This document shows, in pieces, positions 34,869 through 43,507 of a stretch of 64,000 nucleotides of DNA. Source of the DNA: Clostridia bacterium (lineage in GTDB: Bacteria > Bacillota > Clostridia > Christensenellales > Borkfalkiaceae); NCBI GenBank assembly GCA_017466825.1, contig JAFTTJ010000006.1:33368-97367 (forward strand), in the 5' to 3' direction. The position numbers and the translations under genes were made by a program. The notes under the pieces were generated by a model. It was not told where the DNA came from. It ran no database searches and saw nothing but the letters and a program-made list of their open reading frames with translations. The number at the start of each line of letters is the position of its first letter. Within the stretch, counting starts at the first letter, position 1.

Positions 34869-35654
34869 ATGGCAAGAAAAATAGTTATAACTTCAGGTAA
34901 GGGCGGAGTTGGTAAAACTTCGCTCCTTGCAAACTTGGGGCTAAGGCTTGCTAGCGTTGGAAAGAGCGTTTGTCTAGTCGACGCCGATTTTGGACTTAAC
35001 AATTTAGATATGGTTACTGCTTGCGAAAATCTCGTTACTTACGACGTTGCCGACTGCATTGAAGGCAGATGTCGCCCAAAACAAGCTCTTATTCAATGTA
35101 AAGTTAGCAAAAATGCCTATCTTTTACCGTCCGTGCATACTTTTTCTCGCACGGAAATCCCCCCCGATAGGCTTAACCAACTTATTTCGGGGCTTGCTAC
35201 TTCGTTTGATTTCGTCTTAATCGACTGCCCTGCAGGCGTGGGCGAAGAGTTTAAAAAGGCTATTTCTTCCGCGGACGAAGCCCTAGTCGTAACGACGCCC
35301 CACCTTTCGGCTTTGCGTGATGCCGACAAGGTGCTTGCTAGTTTGCGAAGTATGAAAATTGAAAAGGTTAAAATAATCGTAAACAGGGTGCGTGGCGATT
35401 TAGTCGTAGGCGGTTTGGCTCTTTCCCCCGAAGAAATCGAATCGGCGCTTTGCACTCCGCTTGCAGGTGTCGTCCCCGACGACGACCAAGTTTTTTTGTG
35501 CAACGCAGGCGAACTTCCACCCGATTCAAAAGCCTTTAAAGCCTTTAAAATTCTAGCGAATAACGTCCTTTTCAACAAGCGAAAAATCTTCGACTATTCC
35601 AAAGATTATTTGGGGTTTTGGGGTGGGATAAAGCGGGGTTTAAAAAACCTATAA
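34869..35654 (+). CDS. minD: septum site-determining ATPase MinD
   Basis: Deviant Walker A SGKGGVGKTS, MinD-like body and a C-terminal amphipathic membrane-targeting helix (FWGGIKRGLKNL). Confidence 0.9.
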   Translation: MARKIVITSGKGGVGKTSLLANLGLRLASVGKSVCLVDADFGLNNLDMVTACENLVTYDVADCIEGRCRPKQALIQCKVSKNAYLLPSVHTFSRTEIPPDRLNQLISGLATSFDFVLIDCPAGVGEEFKKAISSADEALVVTTPHLSALRDADKVLASLRSMKIEKVKIIVNRVRGDLVVGGLALSPEEIESALCTPLAGVVPDDDQVFLCNAGELPPDSKAFKAFKILANNVLFNKRKIFDYSKDYLGFWGGIKRGLKNL

Positions 35655-35655
35655 T

Positions 35656-35995
35656 TTTAAAGCCTTATATACTTCGCCCCGCGTCGTTTACTGCAAGTGC
35701 TTGCCGACTGGGATGACCAACAAGGTCTATCCCATCCGTCAACCCCTTGCGAGCCTAGCGGTGCTTGTATCTAAGCCTTTAAAACACTTGAAAAGTGCGT
35801 TACTGCATTAAAGTCTAAACCACGATGACCGCGTCGCAAATCGGCTAAAAGTCAAACGGCTACCAAAGGTAGCCGTTTAGACCTAAAAGCCGTTTGCTCC
35901 TTTTCCCAAAAATTCTTTTGCAGAGCAAAATTATTTTCGGGATAGTGTTAAAGCATACCGTAGGGGTTTGCTTCTCCTGATAAACTAAGAGTTGT
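35656..35995 (+). repeat. composite intergenic repeat (A-type copy 2 followed by B-type copy 2) between minD and minE
   Basis: 35656-35735 resembles 22995-23070. 35770-35995 resembles 24528-24746. Confidence 0.8.
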
Positions 35996-36185
35996 TTTAA
36001 TTGACTTTTTATAAACAGCGAGATTATAAAGGATGCAACGTCACGTTGCCGTAGGGGAGGGGCTTGCTCCCCCTATCAAACGAAAAACATATTGGGCGGA
36101 ATACAACTCCGCCCTACGAAATCTTATTTAATAAGATTTTAAAAAAACAAGACGAAAGAGCGTTAGTTTGCAAAAAGGAGAAAAT

Positions 36186-36410
36186 ATGAAAAAAGAAGAC
36201 GCGTTAAGATTAAAAAGAGTGATTGAAAGCGACCGAATGAGCGTTACTGCCGAAAGCGCGCAAATTATTATCAACGATTTAGAAGGGGTTTTAGCCGACT
36301 ATTTTTGCTTAGATAGTAAACCTAGTTTAAAAATCACTTCAAAAAACGGCAAATATAGCGTAGAAATTTCCTTTTTGGCTACTGCGCTCAAATCATTTTT
36401 AAGTTTATAA
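36186..36410 (+). CDS. minE: MinE-like cell division topological specificity factor (74 aa)
   Basis: ALRLKRVIESDRMSVTAESAQIIINDLEGVLADYFCLD aligns by eye with the MinE core (KERLQ..L..DR......L..L..D...V...Y..ID). The ATG follows AAAGGAG. It lacks an obvious N-terminal membrane-targeting sequence. Confidence 0.5.
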   Translation: MKKEDALRLKRVIESDRMSVTAESAQIIINDLEGVLADYFCLDSKPSLKITSKNGKYSVEISFLATALKSFLSL

Positions 36411-36498
36411 AGGTAAATAGCGGTTCGCCGTTAAAAAGGAAGGGTATAAATATTCGCCGTTCCTTTTGCTAATTTTAACCTAATTTTCACTTAAACAC

Positions 36499-36555
36499 TT
36501 GCAATGGTCGGCGTTTAGTAGTATAATATTAGCAGTCGAGCACGGAGAGTGCTAA
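36499..36555 (+). promoter_or_regulatory. sigma-A promoter (TTGCAA-17-TATAAT) followed directly by a CIRCE-like inverted repeat (HrcA operator)
   Basis: TTAGCAGTC-N9-GAGTGCTAA at 36529-36555 has one mismatch to the CIRCE consensus TTAGCACTC-N9-GAGTGCTAA. -10 at 36522-36527. Confidence 0.75.
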
Positions 36556-36616
36556 AATAAAGCGACGCCAAAATGAGTTTTTTAAGGGCGGTCGCAAATA
36601 AAATGCAGGTGATATT

Positions 36617-38497
36617 ATGAAAAGTTTTAAAACGCAATCAAAAAGAGTTTTGGACCTTATGATCAACTCGATTTACACCAACAAGGAAATTTTCCTTAGG
36701 GAACTCGTTTCGAACTGTTCGGACGCTATCGATAAACTTTATTTTAAAGGACTTAAAGAAGGGCTTTCGGGACTTACGAGAAACGACTTTGCAATTACCG
36801 TTATTGCCGACAAAGACAAGCGAACTTTGACCATTTCGGACAACGGTATCGGTATGAACAAAGAAGATTTAGAAAATAATCTCGGCACGATTGCAAGAAG
36901 TGGCTCGCTTGCCTTTAAAACCGAAAACGCCGACGGCTTAAAGGCTGACGATTTGAGCGTTATCGGGCAATTTGGCGTAGGTTTTTATTCGGCGTTTATG
37001 GTTGCTGAAAAGGTCGAAGTTTACTCAAAGGCGTACGGTGAGGACTGCGCTTATCTTTGGGTTAGCAAGGGTACGGAAGGCTACGACGTTTTACCCACTC
37101 AAAAGGAAAGTCACGGTACGGATATCGTACTTTATATAAAGCCCGATACCGACGACGATAATTTTTCGCGTTATTTAGAAGAATACGAAATAAGAAGTTT
37201 AATCAAAAAGTATTCCGACTATATTCGTTATCCCATAAAGACCGAAGTTACCGAACACAAAGACCTTACCGAAGAAGAAGAAAAAGAAGGCAAGCAAAGA
37301 GAGAGCGTAAAAGTGCTTAAAACTCTCAATTCTATGACGCCACTTTGGAAAAAGAGTAAGAGTGAAGTGACTAAAGAAGAGTACGACGGTTTTTACAAGG
37401 ATACGTTTTTCGATTACGAACCGCCTTGCAAACAGATTCACGTTTCTGTCGAAGGTAGCGTAAACTATAAGGCGCTACTGTATATCCCGTCCAAAATTCC
37501 CTACGATTTTTACAGTAAAAACTACGAAAAAGGCTTAAAACTTTATACCGACGGCGTTTTAATCACGGATAAATGCGCCGACCTTTTACCCGATTATTTC
37601 AGTTTTGTAAAGGGGGTAGTCGATAGCGAATTAACCCTTAATATTTCTCGTGAAACTATTCAGCAGAGCCGTCAACTTAAAGTAATCGGCTCTAATATAG
37701 AAAAAAAGATTAAAAGCGAACTTTTAAACATGCTTAAAAACGAGCGTGAAAGTTATGAAAAGTTCTTCGACAACTTCGGCTTGCAGTTAAAATACGGAGT
37801 TTATAGCGGTTTTGGCATGAATAAGGAACTTTTGCAAGATTTACTCATGTTTAAATCTGCGTCAAACGGCAAATATATCACTTTAAAAGAGTACGCCGAC
37901 GCCTTGGGTGAAGACGATAAATTTATCTATTACGGTTCGGCAAAAACCGTCGACGGCGTTAAAAATTTACCCCAAAGCGCAAATTTATTAGAGTTGGGTA
38001 AAGACGTGCTTTGCTTTACCGACGAAGTTGACGAGTTTGCTATCAAAATGATTGGCGAATATCAAGGCAAGACCTTTAAAAACGTTTTATCTGAAACCGT
38101 TTTAGGCGAAGACGACGAGAAAATCAACCTTGAAAACAAGGGGCTTTTAGACGAGATTGCAGGTTGTTTAGATGGTAAAGTTGCAAAAGTAAAACTCTCA
38201 TCCGCCCTTAAAAATCGTCCGGTCAGCCTTTCGTCCGAAGGAGAAATTTCGATTGAAATGGAAAGAGTTTTATCTCGCATGCCAAACGGTGGCAACGGCG
38301 TTAAAGCGGAAAAAGTGCTTGAAATTAGCCCTTGCCATCCTATCTTTGAAAAGATAAAAACCGTTTATTTAAGCCAAAAAGAACAAATTAAAGACTACGC
38401 CGAAGTGCTGTTTACGCTCTCGTCGTTATCGCTCGGACTTGAAGTGGAAAACTTGTCGCTCTTTAGCGAAAAAATTATCGAAATGCTTGCAAAATAA
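36617..38497 (+). CDS. htpG: molecular chaperone HtpG (Hsp90 family)
   Basis: Hsp90 N-terminal ATPase signature NKEIFLRELVSNCSDAIDKL, GQFGVGFYSAF, and full length of 626 aa. Confidence 0.95.
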   Translation: MKSFKTQSKRVLDLMINSIYTNKEIFLRELVSNCSDAIDKLYFKGLKEGLSGLTRNDFAITVIADKDKRTLTISDNGIGMNKEDLENNLGTIARSGSLAFKTENADGLKADDLSVIGQFGVGFYSAFMVAEKVEVYSKAYGEDCAYLWVSKGTEGYDVLPTQKESHGTDIVLYIKPDTDDDNFSRYLEEYEIRSLIKKYSDYIRYPIKTEVTEHKDLTEEEEKEGKQRESVKVLKTLNSMTPLWKKSKSEVTKEEYDGFYKDTFFDYEPPCKQIHVSVEGSVNYKALLYIPSKIPYDFYSKNYEKGLKLYTDGVLITDKCADLLPDYFSFVKGVVDSELTLNISRETIQQSRQLKVIGSNIEKKIKSELLNMLKNERESYEKFFDNFGLQLKYGVYSGFGMNKELLQDLLMFKSASNGKYITLKEYADALGEDDKFIYYGSAKTVDGVKNLPQSANLLELGKDVLCFTDEVDEFAIKMIGEYQGKTFKNVLSETVLGEDDEKINLENKGLLDEIAGCLDGKVAKVKLSSALKNRPVSLSSEGEISIEMERVLSRMPNGGNGVKAEKVLEISPCHPIFEKIKTVYLSQKEQIKDYAEVLFTLSSLSLGLEVENLSLFSEKIIEMLAK

Positions 38498-38600
38498 ATT
38501 TTTACTCGGGGATAAAAGTGGGGCTATAAGTCGATTAAAAGTAGTATTTTATTAAAATTGGGGCGTTTAAGGAAGTCAAACGCTCAAAAAAAGGAAATAA

Positions 38601-40133
38601 ATGAAGAGTAAAAAACCTATAGTTTTTGCATCTCGTTTCGTCATAATACTCGGTAGTATTTTTGCTCAACTAATAATGATGATGGGGCTATTTTTTGCGC
38701 TCGGCAAAAAATACGCTTGGGTAGAGATCGTTTTAAACGTCGTCGGTGCGTTACTGTTTTTATATCTCGTAAACAAAGATCAACCTGCCGTTTTTAAACT
38801 ACCTTGGCTAATTTTAATTTTGCTCGCGCCCCTTTGCGGTATAATACTTTATTTTACCTTTGGCAACGTAAAACTCACAAAAAAACAGTTGTCTAGGTTT
38901 CGTAAAATATACGACGAGCGTCATGACGAATACTACCGCCAGAGCGAAATTTTAAAAAGGATGGCGGATGAAAATTGCAAAGGGTTATCTACCGTAAAAT
39001 ATTTGCGTAGCGCAACGTCCCTTCCCGTTTTCGACAATACTAAATGTGAGTACTTAAAAAGTGGCGAAGCCTTTTTTCAAACCCTTTGCGAGCAGATTGC
39101 AGGGGCGGAGAAATACGTTTTTTTAGAGTATTTTATCATTGAAGAAGGGGTTATGCTCGGCGGAGTCCTATCTGCTGTAAAAGAAGCCGTCGCCCGTGGG
39201 GTTGAAGTTTATTTTATGTACGACGACGTCGGCAGTATCGCAAAAGTTCCGTTAAAGTTTGAAAAAGAACTTTTAGATATGGGCATAAACGCCAAACGCT
39301 TTTTTAAATTCGTGCCGATAGTTTCCGTTCGCCACAACAATCGCGATCACCGTAAAATTGCGGTTATCGACGGCAGGGTAGGGTTTATGAGCGGGGCTAA
39401 TATCGCCGACGAATATATCAACGAAAAAAGACCTTTTGGCAGGTGGCTAGATAACGCCGTTAAAATCGAAGGGCAGGCGGTTGACAGTTTAGTCAGGCTT
39501 TTCGTACAACTTTACAATATGTCGGGCGGTGAACTTAACGAAGAAGATTTTATTATTAAAGACCACCAACCTTTTATTGGTGGTTACGTGATGCCTTTCG
39601 GCGACTCGCCCGCGCCTATTGACGACGATAAGGTGTTTGAAAACGTTTATCTTGACTTGATTTCGCGCGCGGACAAATATTTATATATCACGACGCCCTA
39701 TTTAATCGTCGACACAAACCTAACCGACGCTTTAAAAAGCGCTGTAAAAAGAGGGGTTGACGTAAGGATAATCGTACCGCAAATTCCCGACAAAAAAGCC
39801 GTCTACACAATGACCAAAAAGTCGTGCTTAAACTTGATGGAATCGGGCGTAAAAGTGTATGCGTATAAAGGCGGTTTCGTGCATTCAAAGACCTTTATAT
39901 CCGACGGAGAAGTTGCTACCGTCGGAACGGCTAATCTTGACTTTCGTTCGCTAGTTCATCACTTTGAGTGTGGATTGCTAATGTGCAATACGCCGTCGAT
40001 AAACGACTTATACGCCGACTTTTTGAATTTGTTTGAGTGTGAAACCGAACTTTGCACGCAGGAAAAAATGAAACTTAACTTTTTTGAAAGGTTAATTTCA
40101 TCACTTTTAGGCTTGGTTTCACCGCTAATGTAA
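38601..40133 (+). CDS. cls: cardiolipin synthase
   Basis: Two N-terminal TM segments and two PLD HKD motifs (HRKIAVIDG..., HSKTFISDG...). Confidence 0.9.
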   Translation: MKSKKPIVFASRFVIILGSIFAQLIMMMGLFFALGKKYAWVEIVLNVVGALLFLYLVNKDQPAVFKLPWLILILLAPLCGIILYFTFGNVKLTKKQLSRFRKIYDERHDEYYRQSEILKRMADENCKGLSTVKYLRSATSLPVFDNTKCEYLKSGEAFFQTLCEQIAGAEKYVFLEYFIIEEGVMLGGVLSAVKEAVARGVEVYFMYDDVGSIAKVPLKFEKELLDMGINAKRFFKFVPIVSVRHNNRDHRKIAVIDGRVGFMSGANIADEYINEKRPFGRWLDNAVKIEGQAVDSLVRLFVQLYNMSGGELNEEDFIIKDHQPFIGGYVMPFGDSPAPIDDDKVFENVYLDLISRADKYLYITTPYLIVDTNLTDALKSAVKRGVDVRIIVPQIPDKKAVYTMTKKSCLNLMESGVKVYAYKGGFVHSKTFISDGEVATVGTANLDFRSLVHHFECGLLMCNTPSINDLYADFLNLFECETELCTQEKMKLNFFERLISSLLGLVSPLM

Positions 40134-40235
40134 AAGGTTAAGATTTTGCAACGTTTATCAAAAATTTTTAAAAATCTATTGACAATAAATTTGGGTAATA
40201 TTATAATAAAATTAACAATATAAAGGAGAATATTC

Positions 40236-40769
40236 ATGGAACTTAAAGGCTCAAAAACTGAAAGAAATTTAAGGGAAGCATTTGCAGGCGAAAGCCAAGC
40301 AAGAAACAAGTATACCTTCTTTGCAAGCGTTGCTAAAAAAGCAGGTTACGAACAAATTGCCGAAATCTTTTTAAAGACTGCCGATAATGAAAAGGAACAC
40401 GCTAAACTTTGGTTTAAAGCGCTTGGCGAACTTGGCGACACCGCGCAAAACCTTCTTCATGCAGCCGAAGGCGAAAATTACGAATGGACTGATATGTATG
40501 CAAAGTTTGCTGAAGACGCCGAAGAAGAAGGCTTCAAGGAACTTGCGTACAAGTTTAGAGAAGTTGCTAAAATCGAAAAGAGTCATGAAGAAAGATATCG
40601 CGCTCTTTTAAACAACGTTGAAATGCAAGCCGTTTTTGAAAAGGCTGGCGAAACCATGTGGGAATGCCGTAATTGCGGACATTTAGTAATGGGCAAAAAA
40701 GCCCCCGTCGTTTGTCCCGTTTGCGCGCATCCGCAAGCATACTTTGAAGTAAGAAAAGAGAATTATTAA
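40236..40769 (+). CDS. rbr: rubrerythrin
   Basis: Ferritin-like diiron domain ([15 protein letters not shown]) plus a C-terminal rubredoxin CxxC...CPVC. Confidence 0.9.
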   Translation: MELKGSKTERNLREAFAGESQARNKYTFFASVAKKAGYEQIAEIFLKTADNEKEHAKLWFKALGELGDTAQNLLHAAEGENYEWTDMYAKFAEDAEEEGFKELAYKFREVAKIEKSHEERYRALLNNVEMQAVFEKAGETMWECRNCGHLVMGKKAPVVCPVCAHPQAYFEVRKENY

Positions 40770-40973
40770 GAGAAAAAGTAGCGGGCTTGGAAGTCAAACC
40801 TTCCAAGCCCGTTTTGCGTATAAAGCGCCGATAATCGACTTATAAGGTGACTTTTGTGAAAATATTGCAAAAATTTTTAAATAGATATTGATTTTTTTGA
40901 GTTTTCGTAGTAAACTAAATTTAGAAGGTTAGCAGTAATCTTTGGAGATATCAATTTAAATTAGGAGAAGTTT

Positions 40974-41381
40974 ATGGAAGAAAACACCAAATTAATAATA
41001 GACGACAATATTTTAGAAGAGAGCGCCAATCAAAAAAAGAAGGGCGAACTTACCGCCTTAAAAGTTGTTAGCGCTATTTTATACGCGCTCGTTACGGGTT
41101 TTTTGCTCTTTGAGTTTTTTTGGATACTTTTTACAGAGCAGTCTAACGTGGGTTTGGGGCTTGCCGTATATCTTGTAATTATTCTTGCCGCAATAGGCAG
41201 TATTGCAAACGCCGTACCCACGATACTATCTTTAATAGGGCTTATCATAACGGTGGTCAAACGCAAAAAAGGCGAGTTTTCTATTTCAACACTCGTGTAC
41301 TTTATCGTGTTTACGGCTCTTCCGTACGTTACTGAAGGGATACTGTTTTTGACTTGCTATATAGTAGCACAAACTATTTAA
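40974..41381 (+). CDS. hypothetical 3-TM membrane protein (135 aa)
   Basis: AGGAG RBS and hydrophobic segments. No motif recognised. Confidence 0.45.
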   Translation: MEENTKLIIDDNILEESANQKKKGELTALKVVSAILYALVTGFLLFEFFWILFTEQSNVGLGLAVYLVIILAAIGSIANAVPTILSLIGLIITVVKRKKGEFSISTLVYFIVFTALPYVTEGILFLTCYIVAQTI

Positions 41382-41532
41382 AAGACTATTTTGTGGGCGG
41401 TTAATTTACCGCCCATTTTTGTTTGTAAGCGCAATAATCGACTTATACAAGGACTTTTTTAGTTTCATCTTTGTAAATTTACAAAAATCTACTTAAAAAT
41501 TTAAAAAAAGAATAAAAAGGGCTTAAAAACAG

Positions 41533-41561
41533 TTGATTTTTTGAAAGGGTTAATATATAAT
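41533..41561 (+). promoter_or_regulatory. sigma-A promoter (TTGATT-17-TATAAT) ~135 nt upstream of tRNA-Ser
   Basis: -35 at 41533-41538 and -10 at 41556-41561. Confidence 0.5.
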
Positions 41562-41697
41562 ATAAAGGATTGTTAGGGTAGTACCGACGTTCGTCGGTTA
41601 AATCTAAAAAGTTTTCCAAAAGTTCATAATATACGTAGGATTCAACTGACGTTCGTCAGTTGAATTTAGAAAACTCTGTTCATAGTACATAGTTTGT

Positions 41698-41785
41698 GGA
41701 GGATTATCGAAGCGGTCACAACGAGGCGGTCTTGAAAACCGTTTGCCCAAAAGGCACGGGGGTTCGAATCCCTCATCCTCCGCCA
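41698..41785 (+). tRNA. tRNA-Ser (anticodon UGA), class II, CCA encoded
   Basis: Hand-folded cloverleaf. Acceptor GGAGGAT/ATCCTCC, anticodon stem GCGGT/ACCGT with loop CTTGAAA, long variable arm, T arm GGGGG-TTCGAAT-CCCTC, discriminator G plus CCA. Confidence 0.9.
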
Positions 41786-42041
41786 ACCAAAAGCCTATAT
41801 CCACTCGGGTATAGGCTTTTTGGTTTTGAAAATTTAAAGTGGGATTCGAACGGGTGGGTAGTCGCAAACTAACGGGGCTATTGTTTCGTAGTAAGAGTTT
41901 GCGACCAAACAACCGATGAAACGGTTGTTTGCCACACTGGCGTGATAGTGAACAACGAAACTTTTTACGAGTTAGATGAAAAGCCCGCGCGTGCAAGGGC
42001 GAACAACCTTAAAACGAGAACTCAACTTAAAGCGAACGGCG
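41765..42041 (+). repeat. unit 1 of a 277-bp tandem duplication starting inside the tRNA-Ser T loop
   Basis: The first 100 bp (41765-41864) are identical to 42042-42141. A second conserved block at 41902-41966 matches 42199-42264. Confidence 0.9.
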
Positions 42042-42264
42042 CGAATCCCTCATCCTCCGCCAACCAAAAGCCTATATCCACTCGGGTATAGGCTTTTTGG
42101 TTTTGAAAATTTAAAGTGGGATTCGAACGGGTGGGTAGTCGGCAACGTGACGTTGCATCCGCTTTATTTTTTCATCTTCCACAAAGAACGGCGCAAAGCC
42201 GACCAAACAACCGACGGAACGGTTGTTTGCCACACTGGCGTGAAAGTGAACAACGAAACTTTTT
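42042..42264 (+). repeat. unit 2 of the tandem duplication (pseudo tRNA-Ser 3' end, terminator hairpin and conserved blocks)
   Basis: See unit 1. It carries only the last 21 nt of the tRNA, so it is not a functional tRNA. Confidence 0.9.
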
Positions 42265-42424
42265 TCTTTTTCATAATAGCCGAGCCGACTTGTATCAAGA
42301 CAAGCACACGCCGTAGTGCCAAATTAAAAATAAAAGTGAATAACGTGTCATTTTTAACAAGATTTTGCTTGCTATTATTCGAGATTTGGAATATAATATA
42401 TGTATCATATTTGAGGTGATATTT

Positions 42425-43492
42425 ATGCTTAGTTATATGTCAGCAAAAGAGGCAGCAGAAAAATGGAATATTTCTCAAAGACGTGTTGCAATTTTATGTG
42501 CGGAAGAACGTATTAGTGGTGCAATGATGGTCGGCAATATGTGGATTATTCCAAGCACAGCGGAAAAGCCTATTGATAAGCGCACTATTAGATACGAAAA
42601 ACAAAAAGTTCTTGAGTTAAAGCCTTTTGTCAAATGGGTTGGCGGTAAAGGTCAACTTATTGAACAGTTGGAAAAATATATTCCTGCGGACGGCGAAAAG
42701 GTTTTAACTAAGTATGCAGAGCCATTTGTTGGTGGCGGTGCATTGCTTTTTAATATTCTTTCCAAATACAACTTTGAAAGTTTATATATTAGCGATATTA
42801 ATGCAGAACTTGTCAATGCCTATAACGTTGTAAAAAACAATGTTGACGAACTTATAAAGAAGTTAACCGAAATGCAACTTGCGTTCGTTCCTATGGATGA
42901 AAACGGACGTAAATATTATTACTATACAGCAAGAGATAGATTTAATTCTTTACAAATCACGGAAGAAACAGCAGTCGAAAAAGCCTCTTTGTTTATCTTC
43001 TTAAACAAAACTTGCTTTAATGGGCTTTATCGTGTGAACAAGAAAGGACAATTTAATGTTCCTATGGGCGCATATAAAAACCCGACTATTTGTGATGAAA
43101 ACAATTTGCGCAACGTATCTGAGGCTTTACAAAACGTCACTATCGTTTGTGGAGATTATACTCTTTCAAAAGATTTTATCGATAAAGATACTTTTGTTTA
43201 TCTTGATCCGCCTTACCGTCCTATTTCTGAAACAGCAGGCTTTACAGCGTATAATGCCGATTGCTTTGACGATAACGAGCAAATACGCCTTGCTAGATTT
43301 ATTGATGAAATTAATTTAAGCGGTGCAAAAATAATGTTAAGTAATTCAGATCCGCAAAACGTAAACCCCGAAGATACTTTCTTCGAGGAACTTTATAAAT
43401 CATATACAATAAACAAGGTTGAGGCGACAAGAGCAATAAACAGTAAAGGCGACAGCCGTGGCAAGATAAAAGAATTGCTGATTTGCAATTAA
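42425..43492 (+). CDS. Dam-family (alpha class) N6-adenine DNA methyltransferase with N-terminal excisionase-type HTH domain (GATC specificity inferred)
   Basis: FVKWVGGKGQL (Dam motif), EPFVGGGA (motif I) and LDPPY (motif IV). The N-terminal ~50 aa SAKEAAEKWNISQRRVAILC...WIIP form an HTH. The ATG at 42425 follows GAGGTGA. Confidence 0.85.
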   Translation: MLSYMSAKEAAEKWNISQRRVAILCAEERISGAMMVGNMWIIPSTAEKPIDKRTIRYEKQKVLELKPFVKWVGGKGQLIEQLEKYIPADGEKVLTKYAEPFVGGGALLFNILSKYNFESLYISDINAELVNAYNVVKNNVDELIKKLTEMQLAFVPMDENGRKYYYYTARDRFNSLQITEETAVEKASLFIFLNKTCFNGLYRVNKKGQFNVPMGAYKNPTICDENNLRNVSEALQNVTIVCGDYTLSKDFIDKDTFVYLDPPYRPISETAGFTAYNADCFDDNEQIRLARFIDEINLSGAKIMLSNSDPQNVNPEDTFFEELYKSYTINKVEATRAINSKGDSRGKIKELLICN

Positions 43493-43507
43493 GGGAGAAT
43501 TACACTT

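Noticed and set aside
40179-40235. PerR/Fur-type box upstream of rubrerythrin
   Set aside because: The AT-rich sequence around the -10 (TAATATTATAATAAAATTA) does not match the 7-1-7 TTATAAT-N-ATTATAA consensus in its second half. Only the promoter (TTGACA-17-TATAAT) is supported.
41838-41864. GGGATTCGAACGGGTGGG resembles the reverse complement of a tRNA T arm, with copies at 42115 and 46719, so a minus-strand tRNA was considered
   Set aside because: On the minus strand the flanks (CCCAC CCGTTCGAATCCCAC) cannot form a T stem. I could not build an acceptor, D or anticodon arm.
41604-42419. Track ORFs 41604-41996 (-), 41976-42419 (+) and 42116-42316 (+)
   Set aside because: They run through tRNA-Ser and the tandem repeat units. 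They have no RBS and have Arg/Pro/Leu-rich low-complexity translations, so they are artefacts of repeat DNA.
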